Shown here piece after piece: positions 10,907-20,190 of a DNA stretch of 64,000 nt (positions are counted from its first letter, which is position 1; each line of letters starts with the position of its first letter). The notes under the pieces were generated by a model. That model searched no databases. It was not told the origin of the DNA and saw nothing but the letters and a program-made list of their open reading frames with translations. The DNA lies in the NCBI GenBank assembly GCA_013334575.1, contig JAAXXG010000004.1, positions 18,464 to 82,463 of the forward strand, read 5' to 3'. Origin of the DNA: Candidatus Moraniibacteriota bacterium. GTDB taxonomy: Bacteria; Patescibacteriota; Minisyncoccia; Moranbacterales; UBA1568. The translations under genes were made by a program, and so were the position numbers.

Positions 10907-10970
10907 CAGGTGAGCGCCTTTCACCAGAGGCTGACCAGCCTTTGGCTGGCAACTACTCGGCTACCTTTCC
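10907..10970 (-). pseudogene. 5' fragment of a tRNA-Ser-like gene with a double-hairpin insert in the D-loop
   Basis: Minus strand reads GGAAAGGTAGCCGAGTAGTTG[CCAGCCAAAGGCTGG TCAGCCTCTGGT]GAAAGGCGCTCACCTG. Confidence 0.5.
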
Positions 10971-11050
10971 TTCGTTTCCATAACGCCTCCAGTTGTTGTA
11001 CTATATTTAAAGGAATCGGGCAAATCGTCCGAACCGTGCGTTAAGACTGA

Positions 11051-11602
11051 GTGAATCCTATGATGCCTTCCATGGCGTTTGTCGATCCGAGGCAGGTCAT
11101 CGGTGCCCTTCCCGAGAGACCGAAGGGCACTATCGCGGATTTCGGGTGCGGGGCGGGATATTTTTCCGTCGAGTTCGCGAAGGCGGTCGGGGACGAGGGA
11201 AACGTGATCGCGCTCGACGTGCTTCCTTCGGCGCTCGACGCGGTAGAGGGGAGGATCAAGACCGAGGGGCTCCGCAATATCACGACGAAGCGAGTCAATC
11301 TCGAGCGAGCGAACGGTTCGGGACTCGGTCCGTCGAGTGTCGACTGGGTCATCCTCAAAGACGTGTTGTTTCAGAATGCGAAGAAGGAGATTCTGGTCGG
11401 CGAGATTTTCCGGGTGCTCCGTCCCGGCGGGCACGCGATCATCATGGAGTGGGCGCCGGTTTCCGGCGGAGGAATCGGGCCCGATCAGGAGCTCCGGGTT
11501 CCGCCGGAAGCGCTCAAGGACCTGTTACGGAAGGCCGGGTTTTCCGATGTCCGCGATCTTCAGGTTGGGGCTTTCCATTACGGTTTTCTCGTGACGAAAT
11601 AA
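11051..11602 (+). CDS. Class I SAM-dependent methyltransferase
   Basis: IADFGCGAGYF, ALDV, EIFRVLRPGG..IMEW. Confidence 0.9.
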   Translation: MNPMMPSMAFVDPRQVIGALPERPKGTIADFGCGAGYFSVEFAKAVGDEGNVIALDVLPSALDAVEGRIKTEGLRNITTKRVNLERANGSGLGPSSVDWVILKDVLFQNAKKEILVGEIFRVLRPGGHAIIMEWAPVSGGGIGPDQELRVPPEALKDLLRKAGFSDVRDLQVGAFHYGFLVTK

Positions 11603-11607
11603 GGCGT

Positions 11608-13026
11608 ATGAAGGGACGTTTCTCGACATGGTCAAGGATGCTTCTCGTACTTCCGCTTCTCGCATCGGCGGTCGTGCTATCGGGATGCGGAAAGGTGACG
11701 GCACCTTCCTATAAGATCGATCTGGAAGTCTGGGGTATCTTTGACGATTCTGATGCCTATCAGGGCGCATTGAGCACCTATCAGCGCATAGCGCAGTCTC
11801 ATATCGGAGCCGTCACGTACCGGAAGATGACTGCGGATACGTACCGGGAAGACCTGCTGTCCGCGTTCGCGGAGGGGCGCGGGCCCGACGTGTTCCTGAT
11901 CCGCAGTTCGTGGCTTCCGCTGTTCAGGAACCTGATCGTGGCGGCTCCGGAGTACGAGTTCAGTGAGAAGGACTTCCGGGATGCGTTCGTCGATGTCGCC
12001 GCGGACGATCTTGTAGTCGACGGACGTACCTACGGGGCACCGATTTCCGTCGATTCGCTCGGGCTCTACTACAACAAGAACCTGCTGAATGCCGCCGGCA
12101 TCGCGACGCCGCCCTTGACGTGGGACGAGTTGGAGACCGATATCAAGCTGCTTAATTCGGTCGATTATTACGGGAACATACGACAGTCGGGCGTCGCGCT
12201 GGGAACTTCGAAGAACATCAACCGCTCGACCGATATTCTCATGGCAATGGCTGAACAGCGGGGTATCAGGACGCTCCGAGACGGATTCCGTGACGACGTT
12301 GACGTGTCATCGGAACCGATGCGTCAGGCGATGTCATACTATGCCGGATTCGCGAGTATCGGTTCGGAACGGTATTCGTGGAATGCCGACCAGCATTATT
12401 CCATCGACGCCTTTTCCGAGGGGAATCTGGCGATGATGATGAACTACTCGTGGCAGGTCGACGCGATCAGGAAGAAGAACGCGAAACTCAATTTCGGGGT
12501 CGCTCCGCTTCCCCAGATCCGCGGGGCCGCACCCGCGAACTTCGCGAACTACTGGGTGTTCGTCGTCGCCAAGGACCGCAAGGCCCCTTCAACCGACCAG
12601 AAGACGAAGACGTTCCCGGACGGGAAGTACAACGATATCCGGGCTCACGAGTCCTGGCAGTTCCTGCACTATCTCGCCTTTCCGCATCCCGGGAACGCGT
12701 TCGTCCTGCGGAACGCTCTCATGACGGACTCGTCTGCTCAAGTGGAGGTCAAGGAGGATCCTGCCGCGACGATCCTTGCCCGTACCGGGCAGCCGGCGGC
12801 GCGACGGGATCTCATTACGGAACAGCGGAAAGATCCGTGGCTTGCGCCGTTCGCGTACGGAAACCTGATCGCCAAGGGGTGGCGGGTCGGTGATACGGAG
12901 AGCGCAGAGCAGATCCTTTCCGATGCGATCGAATCGGTGAACCGTGGAGAGACGGCGTTGCAGCAGGCACTTTCCGCGGCATTCTCGCAGCTCTCTCAGC
13001 AGCAGAGGAGACTTCCGGGCGATTGA
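11608..13026 (+). CDS. Extracellular solute-binding lipoprotein (carbohydrate ABC-type SBP family)
   Basis: Lipobox LSGC; GRGPDVF, YGAPISVDSLGLYYNKNLL..AGI..PP.TWDEL. Start moved to ATG 11608. Confidence 0.88.
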   Translation: MKGRFSTWSRMLLVLPLLASAVVLSGCGKVTAPSYKIDLEVWGIFDDSDAYQGALSTYQRIAQSHIGAVTYRKMTADTYREDLLSAFAEGRGPDVFLIRSSWLPLFRNLIVAAPEYEFSEKDFRDAFVDVAADDLVVDGRTYGAPISVDSLGLYYNKNLLNAAGIATPPLTWDELETDIKLLNSVDYYGNIRQSGVALGTSKNINRSTDILMAMAEQRGIRTLRDGFRDDVDVSSEPMRQAMSYYAGFASIGSERYSWNADQHYSIDAFSEGNLAMMMNYSWQVDAIRKKNAKLNFGVAPLPQIRGAAPANFANYWVFVVAKDRKAPSTDQKTKTFPDGKYNDIRAHESWQFLHYLAFPHPGNAFVLRNALMTDSSAQVEVKEDPAATILARTGQPAARRDLITEQRKDPWLAPFAYGNLIAKGWRVGDTESAEQILSDAIESVNRGETALQQALSAAFSQLSQQQRRLPGD

Positions 13027-13038
13027 CGAAGAAGATAT

Positions 13039-13326
13039 ATGGATTTTCTGAAGGAGATCGGCACGCCGGTCGCTCGGGCGGCCGGTGTCATCGAGGATGC
13101 GACTCCGGTCGCGACCATTCTCGCGAATGCGCTCTCGCTCGTCCTCGGTCTGGCGGGTGCGTTCGCCATGCTTTCGTTCGCGGTCGCCGGTGTCGCGTAC
13201 GCGCTTGCGGGCGGAGACGAATCACGGATGCGGCAGGCAAAGAATGCCATGGTCTATTCGGTCATCGGGGCGCTCGTCTGCGTGGCGTCGCTCGTCGTTG
13301 TCCGTACCGTGGCCGGCGTGCTATAA
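13039..13326 (+). CDS. TrbC/VirB2-like (CPR) pilin
   Basis: Two TM helices around AGGDESRMRQAKNAMVYSVIG. Confidence 0.8.
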   Translation: MDFLKEIGTPVARAAGVIEDATPVATILANALSLVLGLAGAFAMLSFAVAGVAYALAGGDESRMRQAKNAMVYSVIGALVCVASLVVVRTVAGVL

Positions 13327-13365
13327 TCCGACGGTACGACATCCAAACGGAAAGGAGGTGAACGC

Positions 13366-13755
13366 ATGAAATCGATGAAGCAGATCGGATACGGCGTTCT
13401 CGCCGCGGCGCTTTCGCTTCCGTCGGCGGCGCTCGCACAGTTCGGGCAGGTGCCGAGCGGCAGCAATTACAACAGTGTCGCATCGACCGGAGGACTTACG
13501 ACCGATAACTTCGGGGTCATCCTCATCCGCGTCATGAACTGGGTGCTGGGTATCCTCGGCATCGGAGCGATCATCTCCTTCGTTATCGCGGGTATCATGT
13601 ACTTGACGGCCGGCGGAGACGAGGGGAAGACCGAGAAGGCGAAGGGTATGATGACCTATGCCATTATCGCCGTCATCGTGGCGCTGGTCGGCTACGTGGT
13701 GATCAACACGGTGGTCGGATTGCTCGGAAGCAACAAGGTGTCGGGAAGCTATTGA
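13366..13755 (+). CDS. TrbC/VirB2-like (CPR) pilin, likely the major subunit
   Basis: Signal peptide (AALA-Q); GIMYLTAGGDEGKTEKAKGMMTYAIIA; strong SD AAAGGAGGTGA; followed by a terminator. Confidence 0.88.
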   Translation: MKSMKQIGYGVLAAALSLPSAALAQFGQVPSGSNYNSVASTGGLTTDNFGVILIRVMNWVLGILGIGAIISFVIAGIMYLTAGGDEGKTEKAKGMMTYAIIAVIVALVGYVVINTVVGLLGSNKVSGSY

Positions 13756-13772
13756 CGCGTCCCGCAGGAACG

Positions 13773-13805
13773 AGACAGCCCCGCTTTTGCGGGGTTGTCT
13801 TTTTT
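13773..13805 (+). terminator. Intrinsic terminator after the pilin
   Basis: AGACAGCCCCGC-TTTT-GCGGGGTTGTCT followed by a T-tract. Confidence 0.75.
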
Positions 13806-13849
13806 CGTACCCGACGATATGATGAGGGAAAGAAACAACCTTCCCGCTT

Positions 13850-14290
13850 ATGCGAACGTACGCATCCCGCTCCCTTCTCGTTCTCGGTCTTCTTCTTCTC
13901 GTTCCGACGGCCGATGTTTCCGCGGCAGCGACGTGTACCAACGGCGAGCTCATAAACGGCGTCTGTGTCCCGTCGGCGTCCTCGACGGGGCTTCCGGATA
14001 CCGCCGCTGATACGGTCGTCATCAATATCATGAACTGGCTGCTCGGGATGCTCGGTTTGCTGGCCATGATCATGTTCGTCGTCTCCGGAATCATGTATCT
14101 GACCGCGGGAGGGGACGAGAAGCGGACGGAGAGCGCGAAGAACAATATCAAGTATGCGGTCATCGGGGTCGCCGTCGCGTTGCTCGGGTACGCCGTCGTT
14201 TTCACCGTACAGCAGATAGTGACCGGCGGCGCTTCGGGGACGTCGTACGGCTCGTCATCGACGACCGGAGGGAGCGGGGTGAAGTATTGA
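13850..14290 (+). CDS. TrbC/VirB2-like (CPR) pilin with N-terminal Cys pair
   Basis: Signal peptide; CTNGELINGVCVP; GIMYLTAGGDEKRTESAKNNIKYAVIG. Confidence 0.88.
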   Translation: MRTYASRSLLVLGLLLLVPTADVSAAATCTNGELINGVCVPSASSTGLPDTAADTVVINIMNWLLGMLGLLAMIMFVVSGIMYLTAGGDEKRTESAKNNIKYAVIGVAVALLGYAVVFTVQQIVTGGASGTSYGSSSTTGGSGVKY

Positions 14291-14331
14291 AATCCTTGTC
14301 GGGAGGTTCTGAATACAAGAATGCACGTCTT

Positions 14332-15519
14332 ATGAAAAAAGCGGGAAGGGAAGTCATTATTTTTTTGGTAAGTGCGTCTTTGTTTGTAATTTCCATTCCT
14401 CAGGTTTCCGCTGCTACGCTTTGGAAATTTACAGGCACCAAGACGACCAGCGTGACACAATCCGGTTTCGCGACGCCAGAGGCGTGCAGCTCCTACATGG
14501 TCAGCAACGGTTACGCTGGAACGTGTAAATATGACAGTGCGGCTGGATCGTATCGGTTTACCGGAACCAAGACCGAGAGCGCAACGTACGACGGATTTGC
14601 TTCTTTGGCAGCCTGCGATTCCTATGCGACAAGCAATAATCTTAATGGAACCTGCGCCTCCTATACGACATCGTCAGGATCGGCAGGCACCTGTACCGGG
14701 AATACGACGAAGGTTGTTGGATCGTGTCGGGCGACCTGCGTGAGTTCTGCGGAAAAGGCGGACGGCGTGTGCACTGCCGAAAGCGGGGCGTCGTATAGCG
14801 GACTAAATTGCTGCGTTGCTACTTCGGCGGGTCAGACGTCCGGAACGTGTACCGGAACAAGCGGTCGGTCGGGGAGCTGTTATTCCGTCGGAAACTGTCC
14901 AAGCGGCACGGTTTCCGACGGTTCGTGCACGAGCGGCGATTCTTGTTGTACCGCGTCGTCGAGTGCGCAGACGACTTCAGCCAGCGGCAGCGTTTCGACC
15001 ACGGCCACGTTCACGAATCCGCTCAATTTCTCGACCGTTCAGGAGGCGACGGGAGTGTTTCTTTCCGCGTTCCAGGGGATCATCGTCATGCTCGCGCTCA
15101 TCTTCCTGGTGCTCGGCGGGATATTCTATATCACCTCCGGCGGCGATTCCAAGAGGATAGACAAGGCCAAGGCGATGATCACCGCGGCCATGATCGGACT
15201 CGCTATCGGAGTCCTGGCGCCGTCCCTCCTTAAGGAGATCGGCAACATACTCGGCTGGGGCGGTGCGCAGGTTCCGTCGGAAGTAAGCAGTGCGAAATCG
15301 GCGGTCGAGGTCGCGCAGAACGTTCTGAATTTCCTGCTTTCCATCGTCGGTCTGCTCGCCATGATCATGCTTGTCATCGGCGGGCTCATGTTCTTCGCGG
15401 CTGCCGGCGACGAGAAACGGGCCGAAACGGCCAAGGGTATCGTCAAGTACTCGGTCATGGGTCTTTCGCTTGCCGTCGTCTCACTCATCATCGTGCGGAC
15501 CATCGCGACGTTGTTGTAG
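14332..15519 (+). CDS. Large pilin-like protein: Cys-rich extracellular modules plus two tandem TrbC/VirB2 pilin domains
   Basis: Signal peptide; Cys-rich repeats; FTNPL; SGGDSKRIDKAKAMITAAMIG and AAGDEKRAETAKGIVKYSVMG. Confidence 0.85.
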   Translation: MKKAGREVIIFLVSASLFVISIPQVSAATLWKFTGTKTTSVTQSGFATPEACSSYMVSNGYAGTCKYDSAAGSYRFTGTKTESATYDGFASLAACDSYATSNNLNGTCASYTTSSGSAGTCTGNTTKVVGSCRATCVSSAEKADGVCTAESGASYSGLNCCVATSAGQTSGTCTGTSGRSGSCYSVGNCPSGTVSDGSCTSGDSCCTASSSAQTTSASGSVSTTATFTNPLNFSTVQEATGVFLSAFQGIIVMLALIFLVLGGIFYITSGGDSKRIDKAKAMITAAMIGLAIGVLAPSLLKEIGNILGWGGAQVPSEVSSAKSAVEVAQNVLNFLLSIVGLLAMIMLVIGGLMFFAAAGDEKRAETAKGIVKYSVMGLSLAVVSLIIVRTIATLL

Positions 15520-15605
15520 CGGACTCGGTTTTTCCAGGAGAAGAAAAAAAGCGGCCGAGGGAGGATTTCCCAGGGGCCGCTTCTTGTGTTTTTTTGATTG
15601 ACGGG

Positions 15606-16685
15606 CTACCAGGCTAACCACGGCCGCCAGAGACGAAATGTGACGACGGTGCGTTCAATCGACTTATCGCCAGTGCGGAACTGGCTTTCTGTCGGCTCGC
15701 ACAGGTTGAACGTGACATGAGCTCCTTTGTCACCGGGCGAGATGATTATTTTTCCTCCTTTCTTCCTGATGATTTGGTCTTGGTCAGAGAACAGCGTTTC
15801 GGAGACGCCATTCAGCATGATGACGTACGGAGGACTGTCTGGATAATTCCAGACGGCGCTCGTGTCTCCCCGGTCGGTCCGTTTCAGGTCGTAGTACTCG
15901 TCGACCCCGCCGTCCCTGCGGATGACATGGAGACGCTTTTCTCCTACGACCTTGAAACGCAGTTCACCTTCCACAGGCATCGGAAGGAATGTGCGCTGCG
16001 AGATGTCGCTCGGGACGTGAAACTCGACGTCGATTCCGACGGTTCGTGCCTTCAGCTCGAACGGGATTCCCGGAGCGAACGCGAGGATGAGGCCGTACAC
16101 GAGCTCCGCGATACCGGCATAGATCGCGATCTTGACGAACCACTTTCCTTTGCCGGGCTCGGCGATATCCTTCGCACCGAACGTGCATAAGGCTGCGAGC
16201 ACGATGGCAATCGCCACCGGGTTTCGCAGCTGGAATATCGTCAGCACCGCTCCGAAGATGCCGATCCCCATGTATACGTAGGCCCACAGACGAATCATCT
16301 TCATCACCTCCTCGCCACCCGCCTCCGCAAACTTCTTGAGTTCGAAATCCGGAAACTTCTCCTTCGTGAAGAGGGCGGTCAACAGTTGAGGGATTCGGAC
16401 TGACGGCATTCCGTTCAAACCGGCGCCGGCGGCAAACGACGCTGAAAGCGGTTCAGCACGCAGAACGAGGAAGGTTCCCGCGAATGCGAACACGATTTGC
16501 AAAGCCGCTACCGCGATGCTCCATCCGAGCGAGCTGAACAGCATCATAAGCGAGAGAAGTACCGCGGCCGGGGCGAGTATCGCGATCCAGGCATTTTTCA
16601 GGAGGACGTTCGCTTTCGCGAGCCAGTCTTCTCCCACGTTCTGACTATGTCGTAAAAAGAATCTCATTATTTTTTTCCTCCCCAC
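15606..16685 (-). CDS. Hypothetical multi-pass membrane protein with soluble C-terminal domain
   Basis: 359-aa ORF with about five hydrophobic segments; start uncertain. Confidence 0.65.
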   Translation of the reverse strand: MGRKKIMRFFLRHSQNVGEDWLAKANVLLKNAWIAILAPAAVLLSLMMLFSSLGWSIAVAALQIVFAFAGTFLVLRAEPLSASFAAGAGLNGMPSVRIPQLLTALFTKEKFPDFELKKFAEAGGEEVMKMIRLWAYVYMGIGIFGAVLTIFQLRNPVAIAIVLAALCTFGAKDIAEPGKGKWFVKIAIYAGIAELVYGLILAFAPGIPFELKARTVGIDVEFHVPSDISQRTFLPMPVEGELRFKVVGEKRLHVIRRDGGVDEYYDLKRTDRGDTSAVWNYPDSPPYVIMLNGVSETLFSDQDQIIRKKGGKIIISPGDKGAHVTFNLCEPTESQFRTGDKSIERTVVTFRLWRPWLAW

Positions 16686-16715
16686 CGGATACGAGCACCC
16701 GGTGATTATTTGTTG

Positions 16716-17714
16716 TTAGTGTTGTGAACAATACTGGGCGAGGGCGACGACGGCGACACAGAAGGCAAGCGATACCCATCCGGCAATCCTCCACCGCAGG
16801 GGAAGCTTCTCAGACGCTTTCGGGTGATTCTCGACCTTTTCGCTCATCGCCGACTTGAGGCGGAGCTCCAGCTCTTTCTCGTAGTAGGCTTTGCGTGCCG
16901 CACAGCTTTCCTGCTTCTTCTGACTGGCGTTCGGGGCGCATATGTCCGGGACGTTCGGGTATGCGTCGTCCGTCGATTTTATGGCCGATCGCCTTACCCG
17001 TTCGTACTCGTCCGAACCGAGGACCCATTGCGCCTCGAGCATCGTCGAGAGAAGCGGGAGGTTCGACTTCCGGACTGCGTCCAGGATCTCTTCGAATCGC
17101 TTCTCGAACGATTCCGTCGAGATGAATCCGCTCGCCTCCAGTTCGTCGATGACTGTGTCGATGGCTTTTTCGCGGGTCAGGTTGTCCTTTCTTATCTTTT
17201 CATTGATCCGTACGGCGATATCTTCAAGATATTTCACCCTGATATCGTCCGGCGTATCCTCGAGCGGCGATCTCGTCGTTTCCTTGATGGTGACCGTGGC
17301 TGGTTCAGAACCATTCTTCGATCCTTTCCCCTTTGCGGACTGGGACGGTTGATTCAGTTCTTTGACCGTCTCAGTCGCGTTCTTTTTGAAGAAGATGTTC
17401 GTGGCAAGGGATGCCACCCGCTTTCCTTTGTCGGCCTCGTCCAATTTTTTCAAGCGAACGATGAACGCGCGGACGAGCTCCTTGTCTTCTTTGGATCTCA
17501 TGAGGGCGACAACGAAGTCCAGAGCGGCGGTGTCCTGACTGGTGAGTGCTGCCAGCAGCATGTTTTTCAGCCATTCCAGAAAGCCGTTCGTGGAATCCTT
17601 TCCGACGACAGGCATCGAGTGATTTCCGGGCCTCGACTCCTTAAAGAGTGTCAGGAATGTTACAACGAGAGTCGTGAGATCCGTGAGGCGTTCTCCAAAT
17701 GGGTAAGACTTCAT
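16716..17714 (-). CDS. Hypothetical protein with C-terminal TM anchor
   Basis: ATG 17714 preceded by GGAGGG; charged helical body; hydrophobic C-terminus. Confidence 0.65.
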   Translation of the reverse strand: MKSYPFGERLTDLTTLVVTFLTLFKESRPGNHSMPVVGKDSTNGFLEWLKNMLLAALTSQDTAALDFVVALMRSKEDKELVRAFIVRLKKLDEADKGKRVASLATNIFFKKNATETVKELNQPSQSAKGKGSKNGSEPATVTIKETTRSPLEDTPDDIRVKYLEDIAVRINEKIRKDNLTREKAIDTVIDELEASGFISTESFEKRFEEILDAVRKSNLPLLSTMLEAQWVLGSDEYERVRRSAIKSTDDAYPNVPDICAPNASQKKQESCAARKAYYEKELELRLKSAMSEKVENHPKASEKLPLRWRIAGWVSLAFCVAVVALAQYCSQH

Positions 17715-18052
17715 GATTATGTCCCTCCGTTTAGTGTCGTGTTTGATGCAGAAAAAATTGTTCAGGTGCCCGTTACGGTTTGGTTGGCCTTTCGGGCACG
17801 GATCCGTAACGGGGTATTCTAGCATAAAAAAACAAAAAAGTCAATTATACGGAGCAGCGAGTGGTCGGACGGAGAGGGAGCTTAAATAATGGCTTTTTAT
17901 AGGCATTTTCATGATTTCTTTCGGAAAGTACGAGTCGGTGTCAGTCCGGGTTTCCGGACCTGCCGTTCAGGGGTTCGCACTCTCGTTTTTAACGTCTGTC
18001 CGACAGCGTGTTCCGAGGTGGTTTTAAGAAGGGTCGTTTTTTTCTTGGCCGT

Positions 18053-18081
18053 TTGACATCGGGGCCGTTCCGCGCTATACT
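18053..18081 (+). promoter_or_regulatory. sigma70 promoter of nusA, followed by a leader hairpin (18139-18158)
   Basis: TTGACA-17-TATACT; hairpin AAGCCCC-TCGTC-GGGGCTT in the 5' leader. Confidence 0.75.
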
Positions 18082-18243
18082 TGACCCATACGGTGACGGT
18101 CGGCTGGAGTTCGCGAGGAGCGGACTTCTTTTCTTTAGAAGCCCCTCGTCGGGGCTTTGAGAACGATGCCGGTCGGAGCCGATAATCGGTTAAATAGGGC
18201 GTATTCTGGTCGTTCCGGCCGGGAGACGCCGTAATCAAACGGT

Positions 18244-19524
18244 ATGGCAGCACGGAAGAAAATGCCCGAACCGGAGCCGAGTCTCTCGGGACGGCTCGGG
18301 GAGTTCGGGAGCGCGATCATGCAGATCGTCGACGAGAAGGGACTTCCCAAGGAGAAGGTTCTCGAGGTCGTCGAGGCGGCGCTCGCCGTCGCGTACAAGC
18401 GCGATTATGGCAAGAAGAGTCAGGTCATTCGCGCGGAGTTCGACGAGGTCGCGAAGACGGCCCGGTTCTTTCTCGTGAAGGAGGTCGTCGACGAGACGAC
18501 TCGCGAGTTCGTCGAGGAAGGGGAGGAATCCGAGGACGAGGAGGCCGAGGCTCCGGTGACTGAGCCGGTCGCGGAAGGCGAGACGGCCGAAGATGGTGAG
18601 GAGAAGCTTTCCCGGTACAATCCGGAGCGCGACCTGACGCTTCCGGACGCGCAGCTTATCAAGCCGGACGCGAAGGTCGGCGACGTGATCGAGACGGAAC
18701 TTCCGGCGCACGAGGACTTCGGCCGCGTGGCGGCACAGACTGCCAAGCAGGTCGTCATTCAGCGTCTCCGCGAGGCGGAGCGCCAGGTCATGTACGAGGA
18801 GTACAAGGATCACGAGGGCGAAGTCGTCAACGGCATCGTCCAGCGCATCGAGGGCCGCAACGTCTACGTCGACCTCGGTAAGTCGGTCGGTATCCTGTTC
18901 CCGTCGGAGCAGGTGGAGGGCGAGCTCTATCGGATCGGGCAGCATCTCAAGGTGTATCTCGTCCGCGTCGAGGCGGAATCGAAGGGTCCCGGGCTCGTAC
19001 TGTCCCGTTCGCATCCCGAGATGATCCGACACCTGTTTACGCTCGAGGTTCCCGAGATCTCGCTCGGGACCGTCGAGATCAAGGCGATTGCCCGCGAGGC
19101 GGGATCCCGTACGAAGATCGCGGTGTCCGCGAATCAGGAAGGCGTCGATCCGATCGGTTCCTGTGTCGGTCAGCGCGGTACTCGTGTTCAGGCCGTGATC
19201 GACGAACTCGGCGGCGAGAAGGTCGACATCATCGAGTGGAACGAGGATCTGCCGAAGTTCGTGACCGCGGCGATGAGCCCGGCCAAGGTCGTGTCGGTCG
19301 ACATCGTCGAGGACGAGGCCGAAGGCCGTCGGGCCAAGGTGGTCGTTCCCGAGGATCAGCTCTCACTCGCCATCGGGAAGCGCGGACAGAACGTCCGCCT
19401 CGCGGCGAAGCTTGTCGGATTGCGTATCGACGTGTCCGGGACGGGCGCGACCGCCATCGAGGCGGAGCCGGCCCAGGAAGAGCCGGTCGAGGCGGGCGGG
19501 GACGACATGACGGCTGCCGCATAG
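18244..19524 (+). CDS. nusA: Transcription elongation/termination factor NusA
   Basis: FGRVAAQTAKQVVIQRLREAER, S1 and KH domains, AREAGSRTKIAV, AIGKRGQNVRLA. Confidence 0.98.
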   Translation: MAARKKMPEPEPSLSGRLGEFGSAIMQIVDEKGLPKEKVLEVVEAALAVAYKRDYGKKSQVIRAEFDEVAKTARFFLVKEVVDETTREFVEEGEESEDEEAEAPVTEPVAEGETAEDGEEKLSRYNPERDLTLPDAQLIKPDAKVGDVIETELPAHEDFGRVAAQTAKQVVIQRLREAERQVMYEEYKDHEGEVVNGIVQRIEGRNVYVDLGKSVGILFPSEQVEGELYRIGQHLKVYLVRVEAESKGPGLVLSRSHPEMIRHLFTLEVPEISLGTVEIKAIAREAGSRTKIAVSANQEGVDPIGSCVGQRGTRVQAVIDELGGEKVDIIEWNEDLPKFVTAAMSPAKVVSVDIVEDEAEGRRAKVVVPEDQLSLAIGKRGQNVRLAAKLVGLRIDVSGTGATAIEAEPAQEEPVEAGGDDMTAAA

Positions 19525-19573
19525 GCGTCTTTGCGGCAGCGTCCCTATTCTCAAAACGGTTAACGTTTCCAAT

Positions 19574-20116
19574 ATGAACCTCTGGCATGAGATTTCCGAA
19601 GGCGCCAAGGCGCCCGAGGTCGTGAATGTGATCATCGAGTGTCCCAAGGGCACCAAGAACAAGTACGAAATCGACAAGGAGACGGGGCTCATCAAACTCG
19701 ATCGCGCGATGAAGACCGCGCAGGACTATCCGTTCGACTACGGCTTCGTCCCGCGTTCGCTCTGGGAGGACGGCGATCCTCTGGATGTGGTCGTGCTCAC
19801 GACCTATCCGCTCGCGCCCGGCATCCTCGTCGAGGTGCGCCCGGTCGCGGTGATGGGTATGATCGACTGCGGTGAGGGTGACGACAAGATCATCGCCGTC
19901 CCGAAGGACGATCTCCGTTGGGACGACGTGAAGGATCTCAAGGATATAAACCCGCATACGCTCAAGGAGATCCAGCATTTCTTCCAGACGTACAAGTCCA
20001 TCGAAGAAGGCAAAGAGGTCGTCGTGAAGAAGTTCCGCGGGAAGAAGGAGGCCGTCGCGGCCGTGAAGAAGGGGCTTTCGCTCTACGCGAAGAAGTACGG
20101 GAAGAAGAATGACTGA
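19574..20116 (+). CDS. ppa: Inorganic pyrophosphatase (family I)
   Basis: KNKYEIDK, YPFDYGFVP, DGDPLDV, DDKIIAV. Confidence 0.97.
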   Translation: MNLWHEISEGAKAPEVVNVIIECPKGTKNKYEIDKETGLIKLDRAMKTAQDYPFDYGFVPRSLWEDGDPLDVVVLTTYPLAPGILVEVRPVAVMGMIDCGEGDDKIIAVPKDDLRWDDVKDLKDINPHTLKEIQHFFQTYKSIEEGKEVVVKKFRGKKEAVAAVKKGLSLYAKKYGKKND

Positions 20117-20190
20117 CAACTAACAACCGACAACCGACGACCCGACTTCGTTGTACGTCGCGGGTCGCGTGTTGTGGGTTCGGAATCACT

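Noticed and set aside
13039-15519. Conjugative type IV secretion system or ICE
   Set aside because: Only pilin-like genes are present; no VirB4, coupling protein, relaxase or integrase.
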